The notes under the pieces: model-generated
The model's input: the letters and a program-made list of their open reading frames with translations, nothing else
The model's database searches: none
Told to the model about the DNA's origin: nothing
Shown: positions 18,602 to 29,083 of the stretch, piece by piece
How positions within the stretch are numbered: the first letter of the stretch is position 1
Layout of the letters: the number at the start of each line of letters is the position of its first letter
Origin: Bacteroidia bacterium
Lineage (GTDB): Bacteria > Bacteroidota > Bacteroidia > CAILMK01 > JBBDIG01
DNA: 64,000 bases
NCBI GenBank assembly: GCA_040880525.1
Contig: JBBDIG010000045.1
Location: 9,266-73,265 of the forward strand
Reading direction: 5' to 3'
Made by a program: the position numbers and the translations under genes

Positions 18602-20086
18602 ATGAGGCATAGCGGCATCTTAATCTTATTCTTATGTATTGCCTGGGCTGCGTCTGCACAAAAAGCCGGTTTTGATTTTAATCAGAATTGCCGTGATGCC
18701 TACCGTGCAGTGCTGAGATATGACCTGGAAACCGCAGACCGCCTGACGAAGCAGGAATATGCCCAAAATCCCCTCAATGCCTTTCCTCTCTACCTGGAAA
18801 ATTATGGCCATTTTCTGAAGGCAATGGTTCGGGATGAAAAGAAGGTGCTGGATGAGTATAGCAGCGCCTCAGAGTTGAGGCTGGAACGGCTGAAGGAATC
18901 TGATGATAATTCTCCCTATTACCGCTTCTGCCTGGCGGAGATACACATTCAAAATGCCATGCTGCTCATCAAGCAAGGCAGCTTTCTTCAGGGCGCTATT
19001 CAGTTGCGGCAGTGCTACCGGCATTTGGAAGCAAATATGAAAGCACATCCAAATTTTCTGCTCACCGGAAAAACCCTTTATCCGCTCAGGGCGCTTATCG
19101 GTGCAGTACCATCCAACTACAGGTGGCTGCTGAGCCTTTTGGGATACGAAGCCGATTTAACCGAGGCAATCCGGAAATGCGAAAATCTCCGGCAAGACAT
19201 CAGAGAGAATGATACACTGGCTATTTATTACAGGGAATCAACCATCATTCTTTGCTTTTTGCAATTAAATCTGATGAACAATAGTGATGAAGCCTGGCGG
19301 CTGGGGAAGGAGGCCACGCCAGACCATGCCCGGAATGAATTGAGCGCGTTTGTTCGGGGAAACATTGCCATCAACCTGAAGAAGAATGAGGAAGCCCTTG
19401 CAATCCTGCGCCCGCACGTTCAGTCGGCCCCGGCCATCCCGCACCTTGACTACCTGATGGGGAATGCCACCCTGCAAAAGCTCCAACCTCAGGCACGCAC
19501 CTATTTTTTGCGATATACCAAAAAGTATAAGGGTGGTAATTATATTAAGGACAGCTATCTCAGGATTGGCTGGAGCTATCTCCTGGAGCAGGACACGGCC
19601 AGCTACCGCAAATTCATGCTGATCACGGAGCGCGAAGGTTCCGGAGTGAGGGATGAAGACAAACAGGCGATGAAGGAAATTTCAATGGATTATGTGGCTG
19701 TGCCCTACCTGTTGAAATCGAGGCTCCTCTTTGACGGTGGATATTACGCCCTGGCGCTGAAGGAACTGGAAGCAACCTCACCGGCACAGGCAGAGGAGCA
19801 TGGAAAGCTGAGCGAATACTATTACCGGAGGGCCAGGATCTATCATCATTCAGGAAAGGCCGAGCAGGCTCTGCACAACTATAAGCGAGTGATCAATACC
19901 AGCAAAAACTCGAATACCTATTTCGCACCGGCTTCATGTTATTTTTCAGGACTTATCTATGAAGAACAGGGCAACGCAGAAAAGGCCGCAGCCATGTTCA
20001 ATGCATGCCTCGCCTATGACAATTATTCGTATAAAAAGTCATTTGACCAAAAAGCTACGGCTGCATTAAAGCGAATACAGCCATGA
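18602..20086 (+). CDS. secreted TPR-like repeat protein
   Basis: Signal peptide MRHSGILILFLCIAWAASAQ. Remainder helical-repeat-like (TPR-type) by composition; 494 aa. Confidence 0.65.
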   Translation: MRHSGILILFLCIAWAASAQKAGFDFNQNCRDAYRAVLRYDLETADRLTKQEYAQNPLNAFPLYLENYGHFLKAMVRDEKKVLDEYSSASELRLERLKESDDNSPYYRFCLAEIHIQNAMLLIKQGSFLQGAIQLRQCYRHLEANMKAHPNFLLTGKTLYPLRALIGAVPSNYRWLLSLLGYEADLTEAIRKCENLRQDIRENDTLAIYYRESTIILCFLQLNLMNNSDEAWRLGKEATPDHARNELSAFVRGNIAINLKKNEEALAILRPHVQSAPAIPHLDYLMGNATLQKLQPQARTYFLRYTKKYKGGNYIKDSYLRIGWSYLLEQDTASYRKFMLITEREGSGVRDEDKQAMKEISMDYVAVPYLLKSRLLFDGGYYALALKELEATSPAQAEEHGKLSEYYYRRARIYHHSGKAEQALHNYKRVINTSKNSNTYFAPASCYFSGLIYEEQGNAEKAAAMFNACLAYDNYSYKKSFDQKATAALKRIQP

Positions 20087-20093
20087 TAACAGA

Positions 20094-21236
20094 TCATTCT
20101 CTGTTACGGGAACTGCCAGAGAATATTCGCTTGATCTTTCGCCAGGTGCCGGATAGCGAAACGGAATGCTCATCTGAGCCTTCCGTGCCCATCAGGTAGC
20201 CATAAGGTTTCAGCTCTTCCACATTATCAAGGATTACTTTCAGCATCCCCAGCATAGGAACGCTGATGATCATACCGGGAATGCCCCAGATTGCACCCCC
20301 AATGATGAGTGCAAGGATGGCCGCAAAAGGATTGATGCTGACTTTGCTTCCCACTACATTTGGCGTGATAAAATTTCCTTCAAGAAATTGAATGACGGTA
20401 AAAAGAATAAATACCGCTAAAGGGTAGACCAGGGAATCTTTTGTGAGCAGCGCCATGAGAATAGGAAGTGCAGAACCGATAAAGATCCCAATATATGGGA
20501 TTACGGTCAGCAAGGCCGCCATCACTCCAAAGAACAGCGCATACCGTATTCCAATGATGGTCAGTCCTACCGTATTCAGGATCGCAAGAATGATAATTAC
20601 AATGAGCAAACCTGCTATGTAGCTCTGTACCACATTCTTTATTTTGCCCATTATCATCTTGGCTTTCTCATGTTTTTCATTGGGAGAAACCTTGTAAACA
20701 AAGTTTTTAAATTTATCCCTGTAAAAGAGAAAGAAGAAGATATAAATAGGAAGAAGGCCCAGGACAGCGAAAGTATTGGTAGTGGCAAAAAGCGTAGACT
20801 GGAGCATTGATCCACCGCTTGCCAGCAAATTTTCGGTTTGCTTGCGCAACCAATCCATCTGGCCTTCGGGTGATACATTGAACCATCTTGAAAAATGATC
20901 CTGTATATCATTGAACTTCTTAGAGACGGATTCAAGCAGTTGCGGTAATTCATTCGTAAACCGGATCACCTGCGTAGAGAGCAGAAAAATGATCCCTCCC
21001 AGGACAATGAAGATAAGAATGATGCAAATTATTATCGCCAATATTCTGTGTATACCCCACTTTTCCAGCCGCTGGCACAAAGGAAACAACAGAATTGAGA
21101 TTAACCCCGCCAGAGCCAGCGGAATGAAAATGTTGCTGCCGAAATAAATGCCCGCCACAAACAGGGATATACCAAGAAGGATCATGGTGGCCTTAAAATA
21201 AAAAGGAGGAGTCTTCTCCTTAAATTCCTGGATCAT
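20094..21236 (-). CDS. AI-2E family transporter (PerM/UPF0118)
   Basis: 380 aa, 8 TM segments, with the conserved GIPGMIISVP segment typical of the AI-2E/YhhT family. Confidence 0.8.
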   Translation of the reverse strand: MIQEFKEKTPPFYFKATMILLGISLFVAGIYFGSNIFIPLALAGLISILLFPLCQRLEKWGIHRILAIIICIILIFIVLGGIIFLLSTQVIRFTNELPQLLESVSKKFNDIQDHFSRWFNVSPEGQMDWLRKQTENLLASGGSMLQSTLFATTNTFAVLGLLPIYIFFFLFYRDKFKNFVYKVSPNEKHEKAKMIMGKIKNVVQSYIAGLLIVIIILAILNTVGLTIIGIRYALFFGVMAALLTVIPYIGIFIGSALPILMALLTKDSLVYPLAVFILFTVIQFLEGNFITPNVVGSKVSINPFAAILALIIGGAIWGIPGMIISVPMLGMLKVILDNVEELKPYGYLMGTEGSDEHSVSLSGTWRKIKRIFSGSSRNRE

Positions 21237-21434
21237 ATAGGTTGCCGGTTAGATTAGTTTTCCCTTCAAATATCTAAATAACCCTTTTGGTTTTACTATT
21301 CTTCAACATTTAATTTTTGATCAGAACAAACGGATGTTGATCAACAAAATAGCGTCCGGCAGCAATACTAAACAATAACGTGGCTCAGGCATTTGTATAC
21401 CTTTGGAAAAATTAACTAACAAAAAGTTTGAGCC

Positions 21435-21857
21435 ATGAAAAAGAAATTCTTATTGTTCTCATTTGTAGCTACTTTGGCCCTTTTCTTCGCAACTGCCTGT
21501 GATGAATCAGCCAGAAATGATGATGAAGGAGAAGTGGAATTGCAAGCCGGAGACCAGGAAGCGGAAGTAGAATGGGAGAGAGAGAAAGATGACTGGACAA
21601 CTGAAATGCAGAACAAAGTGAATGAATGGGAAAATGAACTGCAGGCGGAGAAAGCCGAAATGGAAGCTCTGGAAGGTGATGAAAGGGCAGAGGCCGAAGA
21701 AGATTATAACGAAGCACGGACTGAGCTTGACAACCTGAAGGCTAAACTCAACGAAGCAAAAGACAAGTCTGCCGAAGAATGGGAGGAATTTAAGTCTGAC
21801 GTTAGGGCCAGCATGGATAAGCTGGAAGCCGAAATGCAGGATGAAACTGAAGGGTAA
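21435..21857 (+). CDS. acidic coiled-coil lipoprotein (hypothetical)
   Basis: Signal peptide with lipobox LFFATAC, then an E/A/K-rich helical sequence. 140 aa. Confidence 0.6.
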   Translation: MKKKFLLFSFVATLALFFATACDESARNDDEGEVELQAGDQEAEVEWEREKDDWTTEMQNKVNEWENELQAEKAEMEALEGDERAEAEEDYNEARTELDNLKAKLNEAKDKSAEEWEEFKSDVRASMDKLEAEMQDETEG

Positions 21858-21876
21858 TCCTTTTCAATTCTCTGCG

Positions 21877-21925
21877 AAGAAAGATCCCTGTTTTTATATA
21901 ATAGAAGCAGGGATCTTTCTTTTTA
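21877..21925 (+). terminator. hairpin terminator after the lipoprotein gene
   Basis: aagaaagatccctg ... cagggatctttctt is a 14-bp inverted repeat followed by a T-run (tttttaat). Confidence 0.5.
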
Positions 21926-21938
21926 ATCCATATTTACC

Positions 21939-23027
21939 TTGCGTATTATGATCAATCCGCGAAAAATATTTGCCCCTGCAAAGAAGCCCGGCCTTCCGCC
22001 TGGCTCGTTGGTTTATACCGGAAAGGAAGAAGCACGGGAGCCGCATATCCTTTTAATGGATTATGATAAGAATACCCTCAGGGAAGAAGACATTACAAAT
22101 CTTGCGGATTATCTCGAACTGCGTGAACTTCCTTCCACCACCTGGATACATGTGCAGGGGCTGCATGATGCCTCCCTTATAGGAAAAATCGGAGAAGGAT
22201 TTTCCATCCATCCGTTGTGCCTGGAAGATATAATGAACAGCGGACAGCGGCCCAAAGTGGAGGAGTGGGATGGATATCTTTACTTAGTAATGAAAATGCT
22301 TCGTACCAAGCGTGTTGGCGGTCAACTGCGCCTGGAGGAGGAGCAGGTAAGCCTCATCGTCAGCAGGCTTTTTCTTATTTCTTTTCAGGAAAAACCCGAG
22401 GATATATTTCCGATGGTGCGCGAGCGCATCAGGATTGGTAAACCCAGGATCAGGGAAGGAGGCACCGACTATCTCGGCTATGCATTATTGGATCTTATCG
22501 TTGATAATTATTTTGTGATCCTGGAGGAAATAGGAAATGAACTACAGGAAATGGAAGAGCGGGCGCTCAACGATCCGGCAAGAGAAACCGTGGAGGAGAT
22601 AAACACAATGAGACGCCAACTTGCCCACATGAAGCGCTCCGTCTGGCCTGTTCGTGAAATCCTTAATCAACTGGTGCGAATGGAATCGCATAAACTCATC
22701 CGGCCGCCTGCCATCGTTTATTTCCGTGATGTATTCGATCATACCATCCATGTAATTGAATTGCTGGAAAATCATCGTGAGTTCGTCAGCAGCATTATGG
22801 ATCTTTACCTTTCCAGCCTTAGCAATAAGATGAACGAAGTAATGAAGGTGCTCACTATTATTGCCACCATTTTTATTCCCCTCACTTTTCTGTCCGGCCT
22901 GTACGGGATGAACTTCGAGAATATGCCGGAGCTTGGGTTCCGCTACGGCTATTTTGTGGTATTAGGAATCATGGCGCTGACCACTATCGGAATGCTTATT
23001 TATTTTAAAAGGAAAGATTGGTGGTAA
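21939..23027 (+). CDS. corA: magnesium/cobalt transporter CorA
   Basis: 362 aa. Cytoplasmic domain plus two C-terminal TM helices with the signature YGMNFENMPEL (GMN motif) and terminal KRKDWW. Confidence 0.9.
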   Translation: MRIMINPRKIFAPAKKPGLPPGSLVYTGKEEAREPHILLMDYDKNTLREEDITNLADYLELRELPSTTWIHVQGLHDASLIGKIGEGFSIHPLCLEDIMNSGQRPKVEEWDGYLYLVMKMLRTKRVGGQLRLEEEQVSLIVSRLFLISFQEKPEDIFPMVRERIRIGKPRIREGGTDYLGYALLDLIVDNYFVILEEIGNELQEMEERALNDPARETVEEINTMRRQLAHMKRSVWPVREILNQLVRMESHKLIRPPAIVYFRDVFDHTIHVIELLENHREFVSSIMDLYLSSLSNKMNEVMKVLTIIATIFIPLTFLSGLYGMNFENMPELGFRYGYFVVLGIMALTTIGMLIYFKRKDWW

Positions 23028-23217
23028 TATTTAGTTCGTCAGATATAATAATCATATCCGTTACAGGTTTATTATCGTAGATTAAACCCTCCCATTTCGT
23101 AAAATTTAAGACAAAACTCTATATTTGATTTGCAATTTGTCGGGGGATTAATAATGGCGTTTTTGCCAAATAATGATGCCCCGACTGCTTAGCACCGAAC
23201 CTGTAAAAACAATAACC

Positions 23218-24135
23218 ATGAAAACAAGATGCATCCTGACCCTTTCATTTTTATTGGCCTCAATCGCAGCTTTCGCACAACATGCTCCTCAAGAAAACCA
23301 TCAAAACTCAGGATACCACCCGGATTGGATTTTAGTGGAAAATGACGGCCTTTTAGGATTTATCACGCAAGACGGAGAGGTGGTATTTGAACCCACCTAT
23401 GATAAAATTTCCTATTTCGGAGAATATCACACAGACTGGGCGATGGTGGAAAAGGATGAGCTGCTTGGATTCATTACCACAAAAGGTGATGAAATAATTG
23501 AGCCTACCTACGACCGAATATCTTATTTCGGAGAATATCACACAGACTGGGCGATGGTGGAAAAGGATAATCTGCTCGGATTCATTACCTCAGAGGGCGA
23601 TGAAATAATTGAGCCCACCTACGACCGAATTTCTTATTTCGGAGAATATCACTCGGACTGGGCGATGGTGGAGAAGGGTAATCTGCTCGGATTCATTACC
23701 TCAGAGGGCGATGAAATAATTGAGCCTACCTACGACCGAATATCTTATTTCGGAGAATATCACTCGGACTGGGCGATGGTGGAAAAAGATGAGCTGCTTG
23801 GATTCATTACCACAGAAGGCGATGAAGTCATTGAGCCCACCTACGACCGAATTTCTTATTTCGGAGAATATCACACAGACTGGGCGATGGTGGAAAAGGA
23901 TAATCTGCTCGGATTTATTAACTCAGAAGGTGATGAAATCATTGAGTCTACCTACGACCGAATTTCATATTTCGGAGAATATCACTCGGACTGGGCGATG
24001 GTGAAGAAGGATGGCCTTTTCGGATTCATCAATTCCGAAGGGGATGAGATCATAACTCCGCAGTATAACCGAATTAAGGAAGGGAACGGAATCAAAGGAA
24101 TTAAGAATGGAAAAGAAGAAGATATCCGGAAATGA
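23218..24135 (+). CDS. WG-repeat (KWG-type) protein with signal peptide
   Basis: Signal peptide MKTRCILTLSFLLASIAAFAQ, then six near-identical 37-aa units EPTYDRISYFGEYH(T/S)DWAMVEKDNLLGFITSEGDEII. An alternative upstream ATG at 23173 is less likely. Confidence 0.8.
   Translation: MKTRCILTLSFLLASIAAFAQHAPQENHQNSGYHPDWILVENDGLLGFITQDGEVVFEPTYDKISYFGEYHTDWAMVEKDELLGFITTKGDEIIEPTYDRISYFGEYHTDWAMVEKDNLLGFITSEGDEIIEPTYDRISYFGEYHSDWAMVEKGNLLGFITSEGDEIIEPTYDRISYFGEYHSDWAMVEKDELLGFITTEGDEVIEPTYDRISYFGEYHTDWAMVEKDNLLGFINSEGDEIIESTYDRISYFGEYHSDWAMVKKDGLFGFINSEGDEIITPQYNRIKEGNGIKGIKNGKEEDIRK
23389..24054 (+). repeat. 6 x 111-bp near-identical tandem direct repeats (coding)
   Basis: Unit start spacing is 23500 -> 23611 -> 23722..., with >90% nucleotide identity between units. 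Degenerate half-units flank each end. Confidence 0.9.
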
Positions 24136-24176
24136 ACACATAATCTGAGGAGTTATCTGAACAGGCGTATGCTTGG

Positions 24177-25157
24177 TTAAGGATGAACTTGCAAAGTTGG
24201 AGGATAGGTGATATAATGCAGTCGTCCCTCTTTTGGTGAATTAATTATTTTATTGAATTCCACAGACAATATTTCAGCTCCTTTGCTATTTATATGATCG
24301 TAATCCCCGTAATGTGAATCTGGAAAGCGCCATTTGCTATAGTCAAAAATTCTGACGTGTTCATACTCCGCAAGCTGATTGATAATTTCCCCCAAAACCT
24401 CATTATATAGTTCAGGGATCATATTTTCATAATAAGGATGAACGGGTGATTTAAAGAGGTAAAGATCAATATTTTGCCTCTGAGTGAGCGCCACCATAGA
24501 ATCCAAGCTACTTCGTGATATTTGAGAAATTCCGGCAATCTGGCCATTTTTATAAAAGTGCCTTGAGATAGTGGAGTCATTCTTGGCTCTCCTGCCAATC
24601 AGGGAATAATCTGAACTGTAAAATTTGCCAATGTAAGGATACCCATGCGGTTCCTTTCCTTTTACCTTTTCAATCCAATTCCGCACAAATGCAGGATTGG
24701 GCAATATGACCTGGTTTAAATAAAGCATATACCACGCGGTATGGTGATATTCCAGTCCTTCCAGATCGCTTCTTTTCATAAGCAGATTATACCGGTTGAA
24801 AAGTTTTCGGGAAATTTTATCATCCTTAAATTTAGAATCGCTGTAGCCTGAGATATTATGTTGAGAAAATCCCAGAACTATCTGCTGTATATTAGGATTG
24901 TCCTCTATTACTTTTTTCAGTTTTAAATAGGTGGCGATATACGGTTCTCCGCTCATGCTTATGTTGACGGAATTTGGGAGCAGTTCAGGATTAAGCGCTG
25001 TCTGCATGCGCGAATCACCTAATATAAGCGTATGAACATTTGATGGGATCAAATATGGATCATTACTTATGAGCCTCTTATTCAGTTCATAAGACCCTAA
25101 TGAAAGCAGCGCAATGAGTCCTGAAAAAAGAAGAATATTTAATACAAATTTTTTCAT
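24177..25157 (-). CDS. membrane-anchored partner of the MBOAT acyltransferase (DltD/AlgX-like SGNH-type, tentative)
   Basis: N-terminal TM anchor then extracytoplasmic domain (HTLILGDSRMQ resembles an SGNH block I GDS motif). Immediately downstream of the MBOAT gene, same strand, 5-nt gap. Confidence 0.55.
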   Translation of the reverse strand: MKKFVLNILLFSGLIALLSLGSYELNKRLISNDPYLIPSNVHTLILGDSRMQTALNPELLPNSVNISMSGEPYIATYLKLKKVIEDNPNIQQIVLGFSQHNISGYSDSKFKDDKISRKLFNRYNLLMKRSDLEGLEYHHTAWYMLYLNQVILPNPAFVRNWIEKVKGKEPHGYPYIGKFYSSDYSLIGRRAKNDSTISRHFYKNGQIAGISQISRSSLDSMVALTQRQNIDLYLFKSPVHPYYENMIPELYNEVLGEIINQLAEYEHVRIFDYSKWRFPDSHYGDYDHINSKGAEILSVEFNKIINSPKEGRLHYITYPPTLQVHP

Positions 25158-25162
25158 AAATC

Positions 25163-26584
25163 CTAAAATTGATAATAAATGAAACTACCGGGGGCCGTCT
25201 CTCTGTGATAAATAATTAAAATAAAAACAACAATATAAGCCACCCACCGCGCAATAAATGGCCAGCGGCTTATTTCCAAGGCATAAGGTTTTTCACGCTG
25301 CAGCCATTCAAATGCAATTAATAGAAGCAATAAGAAAGAGAGATATTTTATTTCCGGAAGCGAAAACAGGCTGAGACTAAAAATATGGCTTATGAAGCTA
25401 AAGGCATGGTGAATATCAATGGACCTGAAAAATATCCAGGCGAAGCATGTTAGAGAGAATGTAAAGATCATAGCGATAAAATCCCGGAACGAAGGAAATA
25501 ATTGGCCTGCTGCTATAGTACCTGTATTCCGATGATTGACTTTTGCCAGCATTAGTGGAATAAAGTAGAGTCCATTTAATGTCCCCCATACCACAAAAGT
25601 CCAGTTGGCTCCGTGCCAGAACCCACTCACCACGAATACGATCATCACGTTGAACAAAGTGGCGGCCCTGGTACCCTGACTGCCGCCCAGAGGTATATAT
25701 AAATAATCCCGAAACCAGGTGCTGAGGGAAATATGCCACCTTCGCCAGAACTCCGCAATATCACGCGAGAAATAGGGATATGAGAAGTTGCGCATCAGAT
25801 TGAAGCCGAAAAGCTTAGCAGTACCGATCGCAATATCCGAATAACCTGAAAAGTCCCCATAGATCTGAAATGCAAAATATACGATACCAAGTACAAGCAT
25901 ACTTGCGGGCATCGTTTGGTATTCACTGAATACCTCATTTACTACCATAGCGCAATGATCCGCTATGACCACCTTTTTGAATAATCCCCACAGGATCTGG
26001 CGCATTCCATCAGCAGCAAGCGCATAGGAAAACTTCCTGCTTTTAAAAAATTGAGGCAGAAGCTGTGTAGCCCTTTCAATAGGACCCGCCACCAACTGCG
26101 GAAAGAAGCTGACATAGGTCATGAAAACTACTAAATTTCGGGTAGGCGGTAATTTGTTCCGGTACACGTCAATAGTATAGCTCAGGGTTTGGAAAGTATA
26201 AAAGCTGATACCAACCGGTAAAATAATGGAAAGAGAGAATGAATTTAAACTGATGCCAATGGACTCAAAGGCTGCAATGAATGATTCTATAAAAAAGCCA
26301 AAATATTTGAAATAGGCCAGCATTCCCAGGTTTACGAGCAGGCTGATTGCCAATAAAAGCTTTTTCCTTTGAGGATATTGCTGCATGAACAGCGCGGCTA
26401 GATAATCCACCACAGAACTAAAAATGATGAGAGACAGAAATCGCCAGTCCCACCACGCATAGAAAGTATAGCTCGCCACCAGCAGCAAGCCGTTTTGCAA
26501 CTTCAGGGAATGCTTAAAGACGAACCAATAAAGGATAAAGACTATTGGCAGGAAAACAAAATAGTCCAGCGTGTGGAACAACAT
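25163..26584 (-). CDS. MBOAT family membrane O-acyltransferase (AlgI/DltB-like)
   Basis: 473 aa polytopic protein with a conserved His-containing block (WRRWHISLSTWFRDYLYIPLGG) diagnostic of MBOAT. Confidence 0.9.
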   Translation of the reverse strand: MLFHTLDYFVFLPIVFILYWFVFKHSLKLQNGLLLVASYTFYAWWDWRFLSLIIFSSVVDYLAALFMQQYPQRKKLLLAISLLVNLGMLAYFKYFGFFIESFIAAFESIGISLNSFSLSIILPVGISFYTFQTLSYTIDVYRNKLPPTRNLVVFMTYVSFFPQLVAGPIERATQLLPQFFKSRKFSYALAADGMRQILWGLFKKVVIADHCAMVVNEVFSEYQTMPASMLVLGIVYFAFQIYGDFSGYSDIAIGTAKLFGFNLMRNFSYPYFSRDIAEFWRRWHISLSTWFRDYLYIPLGGSQGTRAATLFNVMIVFVVSGFWHGANWTFVVWGTLNGLYFIPLMLAKVNHRNTGTIAAGQLFPSFRDFIAMIFTFSLTCFAWIFFRSIDIHHAFSFISHIFSLSLFSLPEIKYLSFLLLLLIAFEWLQREKPYALEISRWPFIARWVAYIVVFILIIYHRETAPGSFIYYQF

Positions 26585-26828
26585 AGGCTGTCAAAGAAAT
26601 ACTATGGTCCGGCTGAAGAAAATATTTCCAGCCCGGATAAGTGGGATTCATTAACTTTTTGAAAAACGGTAAAAAAGGGGGAGGGAAGGTTGCTTCTTTA
26701 CAAAAATACTAATTATGCCTTGAAATTCAGGATTTAGAGACCGAGACTTAATTATGAAAAATATCTTGTTGAATTACAAAAATTAATGAATCGTTTACTT
26801 GATGGGAAATTGCGGGAGAAAAAAAGAA

Positions 26829-28856
26829 TTAGTCAAATTTTTCACGTTTTAGGAGCTCCATTGCCTGCATTTCGTCACGAAGCCTGGCAGCTTCAACAAA
26901 GTCCATTTCCTTTGCAGCCCTCATCATTTTCTTGCGTGTATCTTCAATTGACTTCTCCATTTGAGGCTTGGTCATGTAAGCCACGACAGGATCATAAAGG
27001 ATAGCCGGCCCCTGCTCTATTTCGTAAACCGGCTCTGCCGCCCTGCGTGAGTCAGCCACGGAAGTTTGCCGCATGATCTGGTCGCGTGTCTTTGTGATGC
27101 TCATTGGCGTAATGCCATGCTCTGCGTTATACTCAATTTGCTTTTCTCTACGTCTGGTGGTCTCATCAATCGTACGTTGCATCGAATTCGTAACCGAATC
27201 TGCATACATGATCACTTTCCCGTTCACGTTCCGGGCAGCCCGTCCGGAAATCTGGGTAAGGGAAGTTTCGCTGCGCAGGAATCCCTCTTTGTCAGCATCA
27301 AGAATTGCTACAAGGCTCACTTCGGGCAAGTCCAGCCCTTCTCGCAACAGGTTAATTCCTACCAATACATCAAACTTCCCCAGCCGCAAATCCCGCAGGA
27401 TCTCCACCCGCTCCAGCGTATCAATTTCGCTGTGGATGTAGCGGCAACGGATTCGGAATTTGGTCATATATTTCGTCAGTTCCTCAGCCATTCGCTTAGT
27501 AAGGGTAGTGACCAGCACACGTTCAGACACCTTAGTGCGTTCATCAATTTCCTCCAGCAAGTCATCTACCTGGTTCAGGCACGGCCGCACCTCAATCACC
27601 GGATCCAGCAGCCCCGTTGGCCTTACTAACTGCTCCACCACCACGCCTTCTGTTTGCTCCAACTCAAATTGTGTGGGCGTGGCGCTCACGTAGATGGTTT
27701 GCGGGATAATGCTTTCAAATTCCTGATAGGTAAGCGGCCGATTGTCGAGCGCTGCCGGCAGCCGGAATCCATAATCCACCAGCGAAGATTTGCGGGCGCG
27801 GTCACCGGCATACATCGCTCTCACCTGTGGAAGCGTAACATGGCTTTCATCCACGAAAAGCAGGAAATCGTCCGGGAAATAATCCAGCAGGCAGAAGGGC
27901 CGTTGCCCTGCTTCCCGCCTGTCGAAATAACGACTGTAATTTTCTATACCTGAACAATAACCGAGTTCGCGGATCATCTCCAGATCAAAGGTCACGCGCT
28001 CCTCCAGCCGCTTGGCTTCTATATATTTTTCTATCTCCTCAAAATATTGCACCTGCGCCACCATATCGTCCTGTATTTCATGGATGGCAACTTTTGCCAC
28101 ATCGCGGGAGGTTACAAACAGGTTTGCCGGGAAAACCGAGATCTGCTCACGCTCCTCCACCTTTTTGCCATCTTCAGGATTGATCACCTCAAGGCTTTCA
28201 ATCTCATCTCCCCACAGGTTCACCCTGAAAGCAAAGTCAGCGTATGGGGGCCATACATCCACAATGTCGCCCTGTACGCGGAAAGTGCCCCGTTGCAGGG
28301 CCGTGGTGGTGCGATTAAACAATGCCTCCACAAACTGAAACAGCAATTTATTTCGGGTTATGATCTCCCCCACCTTGAGCCTTACTGTCATTTTCTCGAA
28401 CGACATCGGATTGCCCATACCGTAAATGCAGCTTACTGAAGCCACCACCAGTACATCCCTTCTGCCGGAAAGCAGCGAAGTTGTGGTTCGCATCCGCAGG
28501 CGCTCTATCTGCTCATTGATGCTGAGATCTTTTTCAATATAAAGATCGGTGGAAGCAATATAGGCTTCGGGCTGATAATAGTCGTAGTACGACACAAAAT
28601 ACTCCACGGCATTATCAGGAAAAAACTGCATGAATTCCCCATAGAGCTGGGCTACCAGCGTTTTGTTATGGCTCAGCACCAGGGTAGGTTTCTGCACCTC
28701 CTGGATCACGTTGGCCATCGTGTAGGTTTTGCCAGATCCGGTAACGCCCAGTAATACCTGGTACGGATCGTTACGCTTCACCCCTTCCGTAAGCTGCCTG
28801 ATCGCTTCCGGCTGGTCTCCCTTCGGTTCGTAGTCTGATTTAAGTTTAAATGCCAT
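26829..28856 (-). CDS. uvrB: excinuclease ABC subunit B
   Basis: 675 aa. N-terminus MAFKLKSDYEPKGDQPEAIRQL...LLGVTGSGKTYTMANVI, helicase motifs, beta-hairpin, and C-terminal UvrC-interacting helix (DFVEAARLRDE). Confidence 0.95.
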   Translation of the reverse strand: MAFKLKSDYEPKGDQPEAIRQLTEGVKRNDPYQVLLGVTGSGKTYTMANVIQEVQKPTLVLSHNKTLVAQLYGEFMQFFPDNAVEYFVSYYDYYQPEAYIASTDLYIEKDLSINEQIERLRMRTTTSLLSGRRDVLVVASVSCIYGMGNPMSFEKMTVRLKVGEIITRNKLLFQFVEALFNRTTTALQRGTFRVQGDIVDVWPPYADFAFRVNLWGDEIESLEVINPEDGKKVEEREQISVFPANLFVTSRDVAKVAIHEIQDDMVAQVQYFEEIEKYIEAKRLEERVTFDLEMIRELGYCSGIENYSRYFDRREAGQRPFCLLDYFPDDFLLFVDESHVTLPQVRAMYAGDRARKSSLVDYGFRLPAALDNRPLTYQEFESIIPQTIYVSATPTQFELEQTEGVVVEQLVRPTGLLDPVIEVRPCLNQVDDLLEEIDERTKVSERVLVTTLTKRMAEELTKYMTKFRIRCRYIHSEIDTLERVEILRDLRLGKFDVLVGINLLREGLDLPEVSLVAILDADKEGFLRSETSLTQISGRAARNVNGKVIMYADSVTNSMQRTIDETTRRREKQIEYNAEHGITPMSITKTRDQIMRQTSVADSRRAAEPVYEIEQGPAILYDPVVAYMTKPQMEKSIEDTRKKMMRAAKEMDFVEAARLRDEMQAMELLKREKFD

Positions 28857-29083
28857 AATTGCAGGTACAAAAATGAGAAATATTTCAGCAGGATTCAGTT
28901 TTTGAATCTTACTTTATTTTTTAATTAAAAAAATACTTACTGAGTCAATTTTTACTTCTCAATAAAAAAAGAATTATGATTTACCGTTTTACGAAAAATT
29001 TAAAATAATAATAAAAATTCCTACTTTAATAAAACCCGGAGTTTGATTTAAATTCAAAGTTTTAATACATATAAAACCTATTG

